Shown in pieces: positions 19,940 to 28,853 of a stretch of 64,000 nt of DNA (positions are counted from its first letter, which is position 1; each line of letters starts with the position of its first letter). The notes under the pieces are model-generated. The model searched no databases. It saw nothing but the letters and a program-made list of their open reading frames with translations, and was not told the DNA's origin. This DNA is from an uncultured Candidatus Rokubacteria bacterium (GTDB taxonomy: Bacteria; Methylomirabilota; Methylomirabilia; Rokubacteriales; DASRDR01): the NCBI GenBank assembly GCA_963826115.1, contig CAWGVS010000005.1, positions 1,600,001-1,664,000 on the forward strand, written 5' to 3'. A program made the position numbers and the translations under genes.

Positions 19940-20926
19940 TCACTTGATGACGTCGTCCGCCCGCGCCAGCACCGCTGGCGGGATCGTGAGACCGAGAGCC
20001 CTGGCGGTCTTGAGGTTCACCACCAGCTCGAACTGCGTCGGCTGCTCGATCGGCAGGTCGCCGGGCCTGGCGCCCTTGAGAATCTTGTCCACGAACACCG
20101 CCGCGCGCCGCCAGTTCGCGGTGAGGCTCGAGGCATACGAGAGCAAGCCCCCCGCATCCACGAACACGCGGTTGGGGAACACACCGGGCAGGCGGTGCTT
20201 CGCCGCGAAATCGACGATGCGCTGCACGTTGGCCTGGAACATGCCACCCGGGAGCGTCATGAAGGCGCCGGGGCGAAGGTCGGCCACGGCCCTGAATGCC
20301 GCGTCGAGCTCGGTCGAGGAGCGGGCTTCAATCGCGCGCAGCTTCAGCCCGAGCGATCGAGCCGCAGCCTCGGTCTCCCGAAGAGAATCCGCCGCCGGCG
20401 GGTCGCTCGGATTCCAGATGACGGCAACCAGAGTCGTGCCGGGCGCGACCTCTCTGAGGAGCTGCAGCCGCTTGCTGCTCAGCTCGGTTTGCATCAGGGT
20501 CAATCCCGTGACGTTGCCACCCGGGCTCGCGAGGTTGCCCACGACCCCCGCCTTCACCGGGTCACCGGCGATGGCCATCACGATGGGAATGGTCTGGGTC
20601 GCCTTCTTGGCGGCCAGTGCCGCCACGTTGCTCTGTGTGACGATGACGTCGACCTTGAGGCGAACGAGCTCGCTTGCCATGGCGGGCAGTCGCTCGGCCC
20701 TTCCCCCGGCGTCCCGGTGCTCGAGGGCGATATTCTGGCCTTCCGTGTAGCCCAGCTCACGGAGCCCCTGCCGGAAGGCTTCACCTTCCGGCCCTGCCCA
20801 GGTTGTCGTGGAGAGCGTGAGCACTCCGATCCGGGCGAGCTTCGTCGCCGGCTGCGCCGGGGCCGTCGTTGGTGCCGCAAGGAAGGCGCAGGCGAGGATC
20901 ACCGCGGAGACGGCTCTCGGAACCAT
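19940..20926 (-). CDS. ABC transporter substrate-binding protein (ABC_sub_bind family)
   Basis: Signal peptide; LRELGYTEGQN, DPVKAG.V.NLA.PGGNVTG, DLPIEQPTQFELVVNLKTA. Confidence 0.9.
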   Translation of the reverse strand: MVPRAVSAVILACAFLAAPTTAPAQPATKLARIGVLTLSTTTWAGPEGEAFRQGLRELGYTEGQNIALEHRDAGGRAERLPAMASELVRLKVDVIVTQSNVAALAAKKATQTIPIVMAIAGDPVKAGVVGNLASPGGNVTGLTLMQTELSSKRLQLLREVAPGTTLVAVIWNPSDPPAADSLRETEAAARSLGLKLRAIEARSSTELDAAFRAVADLRPGAFMTLPGGMFQANVQRIVDFAAKHRLPGVFPNRVFVDAGGLLSYASSLTANWRRAAVFVDKILKGARPGDLPIEQPTQFELVVNLKTARALGLTIPPAVLARADDVIK

Positions 20927-20940
20927 CACGCCGACCAACC

Positions 20941-21765
20941 CTACCCTTTCAGCCCGCTCATGACGACCGCCTGCACCACCCAGCGCTGGCAGATCACGAA
21001 GACGGCCAGGATGGGCAGGATGCTGAGGACCGCCGCGGCGGTGACGAGGTTGTACTCGATGAAGTAGATGTTGGTGAAGCTCACCAGCCCCATCGTCACG
21101 ACCTTCATCGTCGGCGAGTTGACGACCACCAGGGGCCAGAACAGCTCGTTCCAGGTCCACATGAACTTGATGATGAGGAGCGTGGCGAGGGCCGGCCGGA
21201 CCGCGGGCAGGATCACCCGCCAGAAGATCCCGAGCTCGCTGGACCCGTCGATCCGGGCGGCGTCGATGTAGTCGCTCGGCACCACCTGGATCGACTGGCG
21301 CATGAGGAAGACGCCGAAGACGCTCACGAGGTCGGGCGCGAGGATCCCGAGGTACGTGTCGATGAGGCCCAGCCGGCTCACCCACAGGTACAGCGGCACC
21401 ACCACCGACTGGAACGGGACCATCAGGATCCCGATGATCGCGAAGAAGATGAGGTCGCGGCCGGGGAACCGGAACTTGGCGAACCCGTACCCCGCCAGGG
21501 ACGAGACGATCAGGCTCGACACGGCCGACACCGAGGCGATCAGGGCGCTGTTGAGCAGGAAGCGGCCGAACGGCTGGCGGGCGAAGACCTCGCGGTAGTT
21601 GTCGAGGTGGGTCCAGCGGTCGGGCATGACCTGGAGCGGCACGCGCTGGATCTCGGGGACGGTCTTGAGCGACGTCACCGCCATCCAGAAGAACGGGAAG
21701 AAGACCGCGAGGGCGCCCGCCGCGACCAGGGCCGCGATCAGCCAGTGTCCGCGCCCCCGCCTCAA
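20941..21765 (-). CDS. Carbohydrate ABC transporter permease (MalG-like)
   Basis: AGYGFAKFRF, DAARIDG EAA loop, WNELFWPL. Confidence 0.9.
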   Translation of the reverse strand: MRRGRGHWLIAALVAAGALAVFFPFFWMAVTSLKTVPEIQRVPLQVMPDRWTHLDNYREVFARQPFGRFLLNSALIASVSAVSSLIVSSLAGYGFAKFRFPGRDLIFFAIIGILMVPFQSVVVPLYLWVSRLGLIDTYLGILAPDLVSVFGVFLMRQSIQVVPSDYIDAARIDGSSELGIFWRVILPAVRPALATLLIIKFMWTWNELFWPLVVVNSPTMKVVTMGLVSFTNIYFIEYNLVTAAAVLSILPILAVFVICQRWVVQAVVMSGLKG

Positions 21766-22670
21766 TGCTCGACCTCGCGCCGGAAGAGGCGCCACTGCGC
21801 GAGCGTCACCAGGAGCAGGCAGAAGAACACGAACACGGCCATGACCGAGGCGTCGCCCAGGCGGAAGTACTTGAACGCGGTGTCGTAGAGCAGCATGATC
21901 ACGGTCTGGCTCGCTCCCGCCGGCCCGCCCTGCGTCGTCGCGTAGACCTGGTCGAACACCTTGAAGTTGAAGATCAGCTCCAGGATCGAGACCATGACCA
22001 GCTGCGGGTTGAGGAGGGGGAGCGTCACCGACCAGAAGCTCCGCCAGGCGCCCGCGCCATCGATCGCCGCCGCCTCGTAGTACTCGCCGGGGATCGCCTG
22101 GAGCGCGGCCAGGAAGATCATGGTGTCGAAGCCGAGGCGCACCCAGACGTTGATGAGCGCGAGCGACGGCAGCACCTGCTCGAGACTCGACAGCCACTTC
22201 TGCGGCCCGATCCCGATCCGCCCGAGGAGGTGATTGAGGAACCCGTACACGGGCTCGTAGAGCCACTGCCAGACCAGGGCCGCCGCCACCAGGGAGACGG
22301 CGAACGGCAGGAAGTAGAGGAGCGCCCACACGCTCCGCCACCGGACCCGGGCGAAGCGGTTGAGGCCCAGCGCCACCAGGAGCGCCAGGACGACCGTGGC
22401 GGGCCCCGACAGGAGGAGGAGCTTCGTCGTGTTGCGGACGGCCTGCCAGAAGGTCGGGTCGGTGAGGACGCGCTCGTAGAGGCGGAGGCCGACGAACTGG
22501 CTCACGCCACCCGGGCGCGTCCGGTAAAACGAGCCGAGGACCGACTCGCCCAGGGGGACGAGGAAGACGGCGGTGAAGTACACGAGCGCGGGCAGGACGA
22601 AGAGGAGCCCCGCCCGCCGCTGGCGGTCCATGTAGGTCCGGGGCAGGACGAGCCGGACGACGCGGCTCAC
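21762..22670 (-). CDS. Carbohydrate ABC transporter permease (MalF-like)
   Basis: YEAAAIDGA, TLPLL, FKVFDQVY..TQGGP. Confidence 0.9.
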   Translation of the reverse strand: MSRVVRLVLPRTYMDRQRRAGLLFVLPALVYFTAVFLVPLGESVLGSFYRTRPGGVSQFVGLRLYERVLTDPTFWQAVRNTTKLLLLSGPATVVLALLVALGLNRFARVRWRSVWALLYFLPFAVSLVAAALVWQWLYEPVYGFLNHLLGRIGIGPQKWLSSLEQVLPSLALINVWVRLGFDTMIFLAALQAIPGEYYEAAAIDGAGAWRSFWSVTLPLLNPQLVMVSILELIFNFKVFDQVYATTQGGPAGASQTVIMLLYDTAFKYFRLGDASVMAVFVFFCLLLVTLAQWRLFRREVEH

Positions 22671-22744
22671 GATCCGACTCGTCCTTTCCCGGAGCCTCTG
22701 ATGCCTAACCCTGTGTAATTCCGATCAATCCTGTGTGGCCGAGA

Positions 22745-24001
22745 CTAGTCTTGTAGGATGCGGTCCATCTTCGCCGCGGCCTCGTCGAGGAGCGGCCTGG
22801 GCTGCCCCTTGCCGTACATCACCCCGACCACGGCCTCGCCGAAGGCGGTGGCCAGCTCGTTCGACTTCGGGTGGAAGTAGGTCGGCGGGACCGGCTGCGC
22901 CAGCATGTCCTTGGTCGACTGGTAGTCCGGCCGGCCCTTCGCGTACGCCGAGTCCAGGTTCGCGTTGAACACCGGCATGAAGCCGCCGAACTGGTGCTGG
23001 TCGAGGTCGTCCTTCGCGTTCGAGATGAAGCGGATGAACTCCCAGGCCACCTGCTTGTTGGGGCTGTTCTTGTAGACCAGGTTGGTCCACGGGAAGAGGG
23101 CGCCGGCGCCGGGACACGTCTTCGCGCACGGCAGCGCCGCGACCTTGAACTTCACGTCGGGCGCGTTCTTGTGGACCCACCCGAAGAACCAGGACTCCCG
23201 GAAGATCACCGCGGCCCGCTTCTGGCCGAAGGCGTCCTCGGGGTTCCCCAGCGCCAGGCTGGCCACCTTGTCCTTGAGGACCAGGTCGCCGAAGAACTGG
23301 AGCGCGGCCACCATCTCCGGGCTGTTGGCGAAGCCCGTCGCCTTCTCGAGGTCGGGCGAGAGCATCCGCGCCCCGTATGCGTGGGCGAAGGGCAGGAACT
23401 TGTCGGTGATGCCGACCGGGTGGCCCTTGTGGCGGATGGCGAACCCGACCTGCGTGTCGCTGGAGCTCATCTTCTTCATGGCGGCCAGCCACTCGTCGAG
23501 GGTCTTGGGCGGCTTGTCGGGATCGAGGCCCGCCTTCTTGAAGAGGTCCACGTTCATGTACATCTGCTGGAAGTTCCCGTGCTCGAGCGGGGTGCCGTAG
23601 CGGACGTTCTTCCACTTGCCGATCGGCACCATGTACTTCGGGATCGACTCGTCCCAGATCTTCACCAGGTCCGCGGGCATCGGGTCGCAGAAGTCGTACT
23701 GGCCGCACCACTGGTGGGTCATCCCGTTGAAGAAGTCGGGGGCCCCGCTCTTGCCCATCAGGGCCGCCAGGTACTTCGCCTCGTAACCCTGGTACGGGAC
23801 CGTGACCACCTCGATCTCGTAGCCGGTCTTCTTCTGGAACTCCTTCCCCTTCTCCGTGTACCACTTGTTGAAGTCCGGCTGCTGGTCCCAGTGGGTCCAG
23901 TAGACGAGCTTCTTCGTCTGGGCCGGGGCGGGCGCCGTCGCCACCATCACCGCGCCGACCGCCACCGCAACCGCGAGGCCGAGCCACATGCCGCGTCGCA
24001 T
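22745..24001 (-). CDS. Sugar-type ABC extracellular solute-binding protein
   Basis: GAAAGGAG RBS, signal peptide, YMNVDLFKKAGLD...PPKT.DE; upstream of two permeases. Confidence 0.88.
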   Translation of the reverse strand: MRRGMWLGLAVAVAVGAVMVATAPAPAQTKKLVYWTHWDQQPDFNKWYTEKGKEFQKKTGYEIEVVTVPYQGYEAKYLAALMGKSGAPDFFNGMTHQWCGQYDFCDPMPADLVKIWDESIPKYMVPIGKWKNVRYGTPLEHGNFQQMYMNVDLFKKAGLDPDKPPKTLDEWLAAMKKMSSSDTQVGFAIRHKGHPVGITDKFLPFAHAYGARMLSPDLEKATGFANSPEMVAALQFFGDLVLKDKVASLALGNPEDAFGQKRAAVIFRESWFFGWVHKNAPDVKFKVAALPCAKTCPGAGALFPWTNLVYKNSPNKQVAWEFIRFISNAKDDLDQHQFGGFMPVFNANLDSAYAKGRPDYQSTKDMLAQPVPPTYFHPKSNELATAFGEAVVGVMYGKGQPRPLLDEAAAKMDRILQD

Positions 24002-24136
24002 GCTGCGCTCCTTTCGGATCCGAGGGTTCATCGAGCCGTAGACCGACCGGGGCGCCCTAGCATCGCACAGAGTCCCGCCCGCCGGGATCTCCCGATGCGA
24101 GCCGGGCCCGATCCGCGCCCTCGGAGGCGCCCGGCG

Positions 24137-25465
24137 TCACCCGGCGGCGGGCGCCTGGCCTCGCGTCGCCGCGAGATACACGGCCGCCGCCAGGCCGAGG
24201 CTCGGCAGTGACGCGCCGACGTCGGGGTGTCCGGACAGCCCGAAGGGCTCGAGCCGCCCGGCGATCCAGAGATAGGCGACGAGACCGAGCGCCCAGGCGA
24301 CCGCGCCCTGCCAGCGCACGCCGCGCGCCGGGCCGCCGGGGCCGGGCGGGGCGACGAGCCGGGCAGGCTCGTAGCGGCCGCGCCGCACGACGAAGTAGTC
24401 GGCCGCCAGCACCCCGAACATCGGCACGAAGACGGCGCCGATCAGGAGGAGGAAGTCCTCGTACCGGGTCACGTCGAACACGAGGGCCAGCGCGACGCAC
24501 GCCGCGCCCAGACCGCCGACCAGCGCGCGAACCGAGGCGCGCGGGAAGGCGTTCTGGATCGACACCGCGCAGGAGTAGAGGTCGGCCCACGCCTCGTCGG
24601 TCTCGTCGGCCAGCAGCACGAGCAGGACGAGCGGCCCGGCGAGGAGGGCAATCGCCTCGGCGAACGCCTTGGGCTCCGCGCTCGTCCGCAGGCCCAGCAC
24701 GATGAGCGCGCCGAGCGTGTAGAACCAGACGTTGGCCACCAGGTACCCGAGAGTCGTGCCCCAGAACGCCGGGGCCGGGCGCCGGGCGAACCGGCTGTAG
24801 TCGGAGACGAGCGGCAGCCACGAGATCGGCATCGCGATGACGATGTCGACCGCCGCCCAGAACGAAAGCCCGCCCGCGGCCGGGGCCGCCCACAGCGCGC
24901 CCAGGTCCACTCGCCCGAGGAGGCGCCACGTGAGCCAGCCGGTCGTCAGGATGACCGCCCCGAGGGCGAACTTCGTGAGCCACTCCCGCACGACCGCCAC
25001 CGGCCCCCACAGTCCGAGCGCCACGACCGCCACGCCGAACAGGACGATCCAGAGCCACGCGGCGTCGAGCCCGGTCAGGCCCCGCACCACCGCGTTCGCC
25101 GCGTGCCCCATGATGACCAGCTCGAACACGGTCCAGCCGAGCAGCTGGACCACGTTGAACGCCGTCGCGACGTACGATCCCCCGAGCCCGAGCGCGGGCC
25201 GGAGGCACACCATCGTGGGGAGCCCGGTCTGGCTGCCGACGATCCCCGCCAGGCCCAGGAGCGCCACCCCGATGACGCTGCCGACGAGGATCGCGGCGAG
25301 CGCCTGCGGGAGCGACAGCGCCGGGACCAGGAAGCTCCCGGCCAGGAGAACCAGGAGCCCGATCCCGAGATCACCCCAGAGGACCGCGAACCCCCAGGAC
25401 CCCAGCTGGCGGGCCTCGGGCGCGACCGGCTCGAGCCCGCGCGACGTCACCACGTCCCCGGCCAT
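24137..25465 (-). CDS. cytX: NCS1-family hydroxymethylpyrimidine transporter
   Basis: Multi-TM protein, AMPISWLPLVSDYSRF motif; TPP riboswitch upstream. Confidence 0.85.
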   Translation of the reverse strand: MAGDVVTSRGLEPVAPEARQLGSWGFAVLWGDLGIGLLVLLAGSFLVPALSLPQALAAILVGSVIGVALLGLAGIVGSQTGLPTMVCLRPALGLGGSYVATAFNVVQLLGWTVFELVIMGHAANAVVRGLTGLDAAWLWIVLFGVAVVALGLWGPVAVVREWLTKFALGAVILTTGWLTWRLLGRVDLGALWAAPAAGGLSFWAAVDIVIAMPISWLPLVSDYSRFARRPAPAFWGTTLGYLVANVWFYTLGALIVLGLRTSAEPKAFAEAIALLAGPLVLLVLLADETDEAWADLYSCAVSIQNAFPRASVRALVGGLGAACVALALVFDVTRYEDFLLLIGAVFVPMFGVLAADYFVVRRGRYEPARLVAPPGPGGPARGVRWQGAVAWALGLVAYLWIAGRLEPFGLSGHPDVGASLPSLGLAAAVYLAATRGQAPAAG

Positions 25466-25493
25466 GGCTGCTCCTCTCTCGCGACGCCGCGGG

Positions 25494-25527
25494 AAACGCA
25501 AAGGGCGCCGGGAATCCCCAGCGCCCT
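25494..25527 (-). terminator. Expression-platform hairpin downstream of the TPP aptamer
   Basis: Minus strand agggcgctgggg-a-ttcccggcgccct followed by ttgcgttt. Confidence 0.5.
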
Positions 25528-25537
25528 CGGTGTCTCC

Positions 25538-25635
25538 CTGGCGTCCCTACGCTGGCATTACCCAGATCAGGTTCCGGCGGTCGACGGCGTGATGGCCGCC
25601 CTCTCAGCTCGGCGCTCCCCGAGCTCCCGCGTTCG
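25538..25635 (-). ncRNA. TPP riboswitch
   Basis: Minus strand GGGAG...GCTGAGAG...GACC...ACCTGATCTGGGTAATGCCAGCGTAGGGA. Confidence 0.92.
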
Positions 25636-25691
25636 CGACTCGCCGCCTAGCTCGTCACGTCGCTCCTCCGGTCATGGACGTGGCACCCACT

Positions 25692-26408
25692 CTACACCGC
25701 GGGGGGCGCGGCCGTCTGCCCGGCCCGCATCCGGAGCCCCTTGCGGAGCTCCTTGTCGCCTCGCTCGCGCACGTCCTCGCCGCGTACGATGTAGATCACG
25801 TCCTCGGCGATGTTGGTCGCGTGGTCCGCGATGCGCTCGAGGTTCCGGGAGACGAGGATCAGCGCCAGCGCCCGGGGAATCGTCGAGGTGTCCGCCATCA
25901 TGTAGACGAGCAGCTCCCGGAACACCTGGTCCCGGAGGCTGTCGACCGCGTCGTCCGACTCGATCACGGCGCGGGCCAGGTCCGGGTCCCGTCGCACGAA
26001 GGCGTCGAGGCTCTTCCGCACCATCTCCTGCGCGAGCGTCGCCATCCGCGGGATGTCGATCAGCGGCTTGACCTGCGGCTCGTGGATCAGGGACCGCGCG
26101 CGCAGCGCGATGCTGACGGCCTGGTCGGCCATCCGCTCCAGATCGCTGTTGATCTTGATGCTGGCCACCAGGAAGCGGAGGTCCGAGGCCATCGGCTGCT
26201 GGAGGGCCAGCCGGGTGAAGCAGCGGTCGTCGACCTCGATGCAGAGGAGGTCCATCTCCTCCTCGTGGGCGAGGACCGCCTCCACCAGCCCCTCGTCGCG
26301 GTCGACGAGCGCCCGGACGCTCTTGTGGATCATGCTCTCGGCCAGGCTGCCCATCGCGAGAAGCTTCTCGCGGATGGCCTGAAGCTCGACCTCGAAGTGT
26401 CGCTCCAT
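25692..26408 (-). CDS. phoU: Phosphate signalling protein PhoU
   Basis: QQPMASDLR, DLERMAD, LERIADHATNIAE. Confidence 0.96.
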   Translation of the reverse strand: MERHFEVELQAIREKLLAMGSLAESMIHKSVRALVDRDEGLVEAVLAHEEEMDLLCIEVDDRCFTRLALQQPMASDLRFLVASIKINSDLERMADQAVSIALRARSLIHEPQVKPLIDIPRMATLAQEMVRKSLDAFVRRDPDLARAVIESDDAVDSLRDQVFRELLVYMMADTSTIPRALALILVSRNLERIADHATNIAEDVIYIVRGEDVRERGDKELRKGLRMRAGQTAAPPAV

Positions 26409-26423
26409 GCGCCCCTCCGTGGC

Positions 26424-27242
26424 CTAGCCGAACCGGCCGGTGATGTACGCCTCGGTCTTGGGATCCTTGGGCATCGTGAACAGCTCCTTGGTCACTCCGA
26501 ACTCCACCAGCTCCCCGAGCAGCATGAAGCCCGTGTAGTCCGAGACCCGCGCCGCCTGCTGCATGTTGTGGGTGACGATGACGATGGTGAAGCTGGACTT
26601 CAACTCGAGCATCAGCTCCTCGATCTTGGCGGTGGCGATGGGGTCCAGCGCCGAGCACGGTTCGTCCATCAGCAGGACGTCCGGCTCCACCGCGATCGCC
26701 CGGGCGATGCACAGGCGCTGCTGCTGCCCCCCCGACAGGCTGAGCGCGCTCTCGTGGAGGCGGTCCGAGACCTCGTCCCACAGGGCCGCGCCCTTGAGGC
26801 TCCGCTCCACCATCGCCTCGAGCTCCCCCCGCGCGCTGACGCCCAGGATGCGTGGGCCGTAGGCGACGTTCTCGAAAATGGACTTGGGGAACGGGTTTGA
26901 TTTCTGGAACACCATGCCCACGCGTTTGCGGAGCTCGGTCACGTCGAGCTTCGGGTCGTGGATGTCCGTCCCGCCGATACGGATCTGCCCGGTCACGCGC
27001 ACGCCGTCCACCAGGTCGTTCATGCGGTTCAGGCATCGAAGGAGCGTGCTCTTCCCGCAGCCCGAGGGGCCGATGTAGGCCGTGATCCGATGCTTCGGCA
27101 CGGACATGTTGACGTTCTTGAGAGCTTGCTTGCTCCCGTACCAGAGGTTGACCTGCTCGATCTCGACCATGGGCATCTCCATGACCGATGCCAGGACAGC
27201 GTCAGGATTCAGGCCCGTGGCGATGTGGATATTCCCCATCAT
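26424..27242 (-). CDS. pstB: Phosphate ABC transporter ATPase
   Basis: [47 protein letters not shown]. Confidence 0.96.
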   Translation of the reverse strand: MMGNIHIATGLNPDAVLASVMEMPMVEIEQVNLWYGSKQALKNVNMSVPKHRITAYIGPSGCGKSTLLRCLNRMNDLVDGVRVTGQIRIGGTDIHDPKLDVTELRKRVGMVFQKSNPFPKSIFENVAYGPRILGVSARGELEAMVERSLKGAALWDEVSDRLHESALSLSGGQQQRLCIARAIAVEPDVLLMDEPCSALDPIATAKIEELMLELKSSFTIVIVTHNMQQAARVSDYTGFMLLGELVEFGVTKELFTMPKDPKTEAYITGRFG

Positions 27243-27251
27243 AAGCGTCTC

Positions 27252-28853
27252 CTAGACGGCGGCCGTCGCATACTTCCGGCGCAACCGGTTGCGCATGCCG
27301 ATCGCGAACAGGTTCAGGAGCACGACGATCCCCAGCAGCAGGAGCGTCGTCGCGAAGACCATCGGGCGCGCAGCGTCGACGTTCGGTGACTGGAATCCCA
27401 CGTCGTAGATGTGGAATCCCAGGTGCATGAACTTTCGGTCCAGGTGGATGAAGGGCCAGAAGCCATCGACCGGCAGCGCCGGCGCAAGCTTGACCACGCC
27501 GGTGATCATGAGCGGCGCAACCTCACCGGCCGCGCGAGCCATCGCCAGGATGAGGCCCGTGAGGACCGAGGGCATGACAGCGGGCAGCACGACCCGCAGC
27601 GTGGTCTCGAGCTTCGTGGCGCTGAGCGCCAGCGAGGCTTCGCGCATCCCGCCCGGAATGGCCGCCAAGCCTTCCTCCGTCGCCACGATCACGACCGGGA
27701 CGGTGAGGAGGGCGAGCGTCAGCGACGCCCACAGGATCCCACCGGTGCCGAAGGTCGGCGTGGGGAGCGCCTCCGGATAGAACAGCCGATCGATGGAACC
27801 TCCGACGACGTAGATGAAGAAGCCGACACCGAAGACGCCGAAGACGATAGAGGGCACGCCGGCGAGGTTGTTGACGGCGATGCGCACGATGCTCACGAAC
27901 GCGCCCTGCTTCGCATACTCCCGCAGGTAGAAGGCGGCCAGCACGCCGAGCGGCGTCACCAGCACGCTCATGATCATCACCATCATGACCGTGCCGAAGA
28001 TGGCCGGGAAGACACCGCCCTCGGTGTTCGCCTCGCGCGGATCGTCGGCGGCGAACGCCCAGAGCTTCCTGGCGTAGTGCACCACCTTGGCGCCGGTCCC
28101 CATCGCGTTCGGAACGTACACGTCGATCACCTGCGCCAGAGGGAGCGTCTTCTCCTTGCCGCCATCCGCGGCGACGGTCACCGTATCCGTCTGCTGCGTG
28201 CGCAAGGCGGCCAGGCGTGCTTCCTGAACCTGGTAGCGCTCCTGTAGCGCAGCGAGCTCCTTCCGGAGCGCAGTGACCTCTGGCCCGGACGCGACTTCCC
28301 GCATCTCCAGGCGGCGAAGCTTCAGTCGAATCTGCTCCTGAGCGAAGTTGATGCCCCCGATCTCACCCTTCTCGATGCGCCTGATCTCCGCGCGGACCCG
28401 GCCGGACTCCGGCAACCGCCGCGCGACCTCCGCTCGTCCCGCCTCGGGCCCGGTGGCGACAACCTGGCCGTCGTGCCGGACCTCCTTGATCGCTCCGATG
28501 AGCGTGCCCCACTCCGTCCGTTCGATCACCACGACATCGGCTGGGTACTCGCGCTTGGCGATCTGACTCTCGTCGACCCACTGGAAGTCGGCGCCGTAGA
28601 GGTCACGGTTGGCTACCTTGAGCTTGATGCGGTACTGCCCAGTCGTGCCGGGGATGGGCTCGCGGTCGGCCACCTGCCCGGTCATGCCCTTGCCGTCGAG
28701 GAGCGTGACGCGCAGCACGCCCTGTGGCCAGAAGAACCCAAGGCCGTTGTAGAGGATCAGCCCGATCAGTCCCGCCACCAGGAGGAGCGAGAGTGCCAGC
28801 GCTCCACCTGTCAGCCAAATGAACGGCTCGCCGCTTCGCCAGAGCTTTCTCAT
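27252..28853 (-). CDS. pstA: Phosphate ABC permease PstA (long form with periplasmic coiled-coil insert)
   Basis: DPREANTEGGVFPAIFGT, NNLAGVPSIVFG, ARAAGEVAP. Confidence 0.93.
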   Translation of the reverse strand: MRKLWRSGEPFIWLTGGALALSLLLVAGLIGLILYNGLGFFWPQGVLRVTLLDGKGMTGQVADREPIPGTTGQYRIKLKVANRDLYGADFQWVDESQIAKREYPADVVVIERTEWGTLIGAIKEVRHDGQVVATGPEAGRAEVARRLPESGRVRAEIRRIEKGEIGGINFAQEQIRLKLRRLEMREVASGPEVTALRKELAALQERYQVQEARLAALRTQQTDTVTVAADGGKEKTLPLAQVIDVYVPNAMGTGAKVVHYARKLWAFAADDPREANTEGGVFPAIFGTVMMVMIMSVLVTPLGVLAAFYLREYAKQGAFVSIVRIAVNNLAGVPSIVFGVFGVGFFIYVVGGSIDRLFYPEALPTPTFGTGGILWASLTLALLTVPVVIVATEEGLAAIPGGMREASLALSATKLETTLRVVLPAVMPSVLTGLILAMARAAGEVAPLMITGVVKLAPALPVDGFWPFIHLDRKFMHLGFHIYDVGFQSPNVDAARPMVFATTLLLLGIVVLLNLFAIGMRNRLRRKYATAAV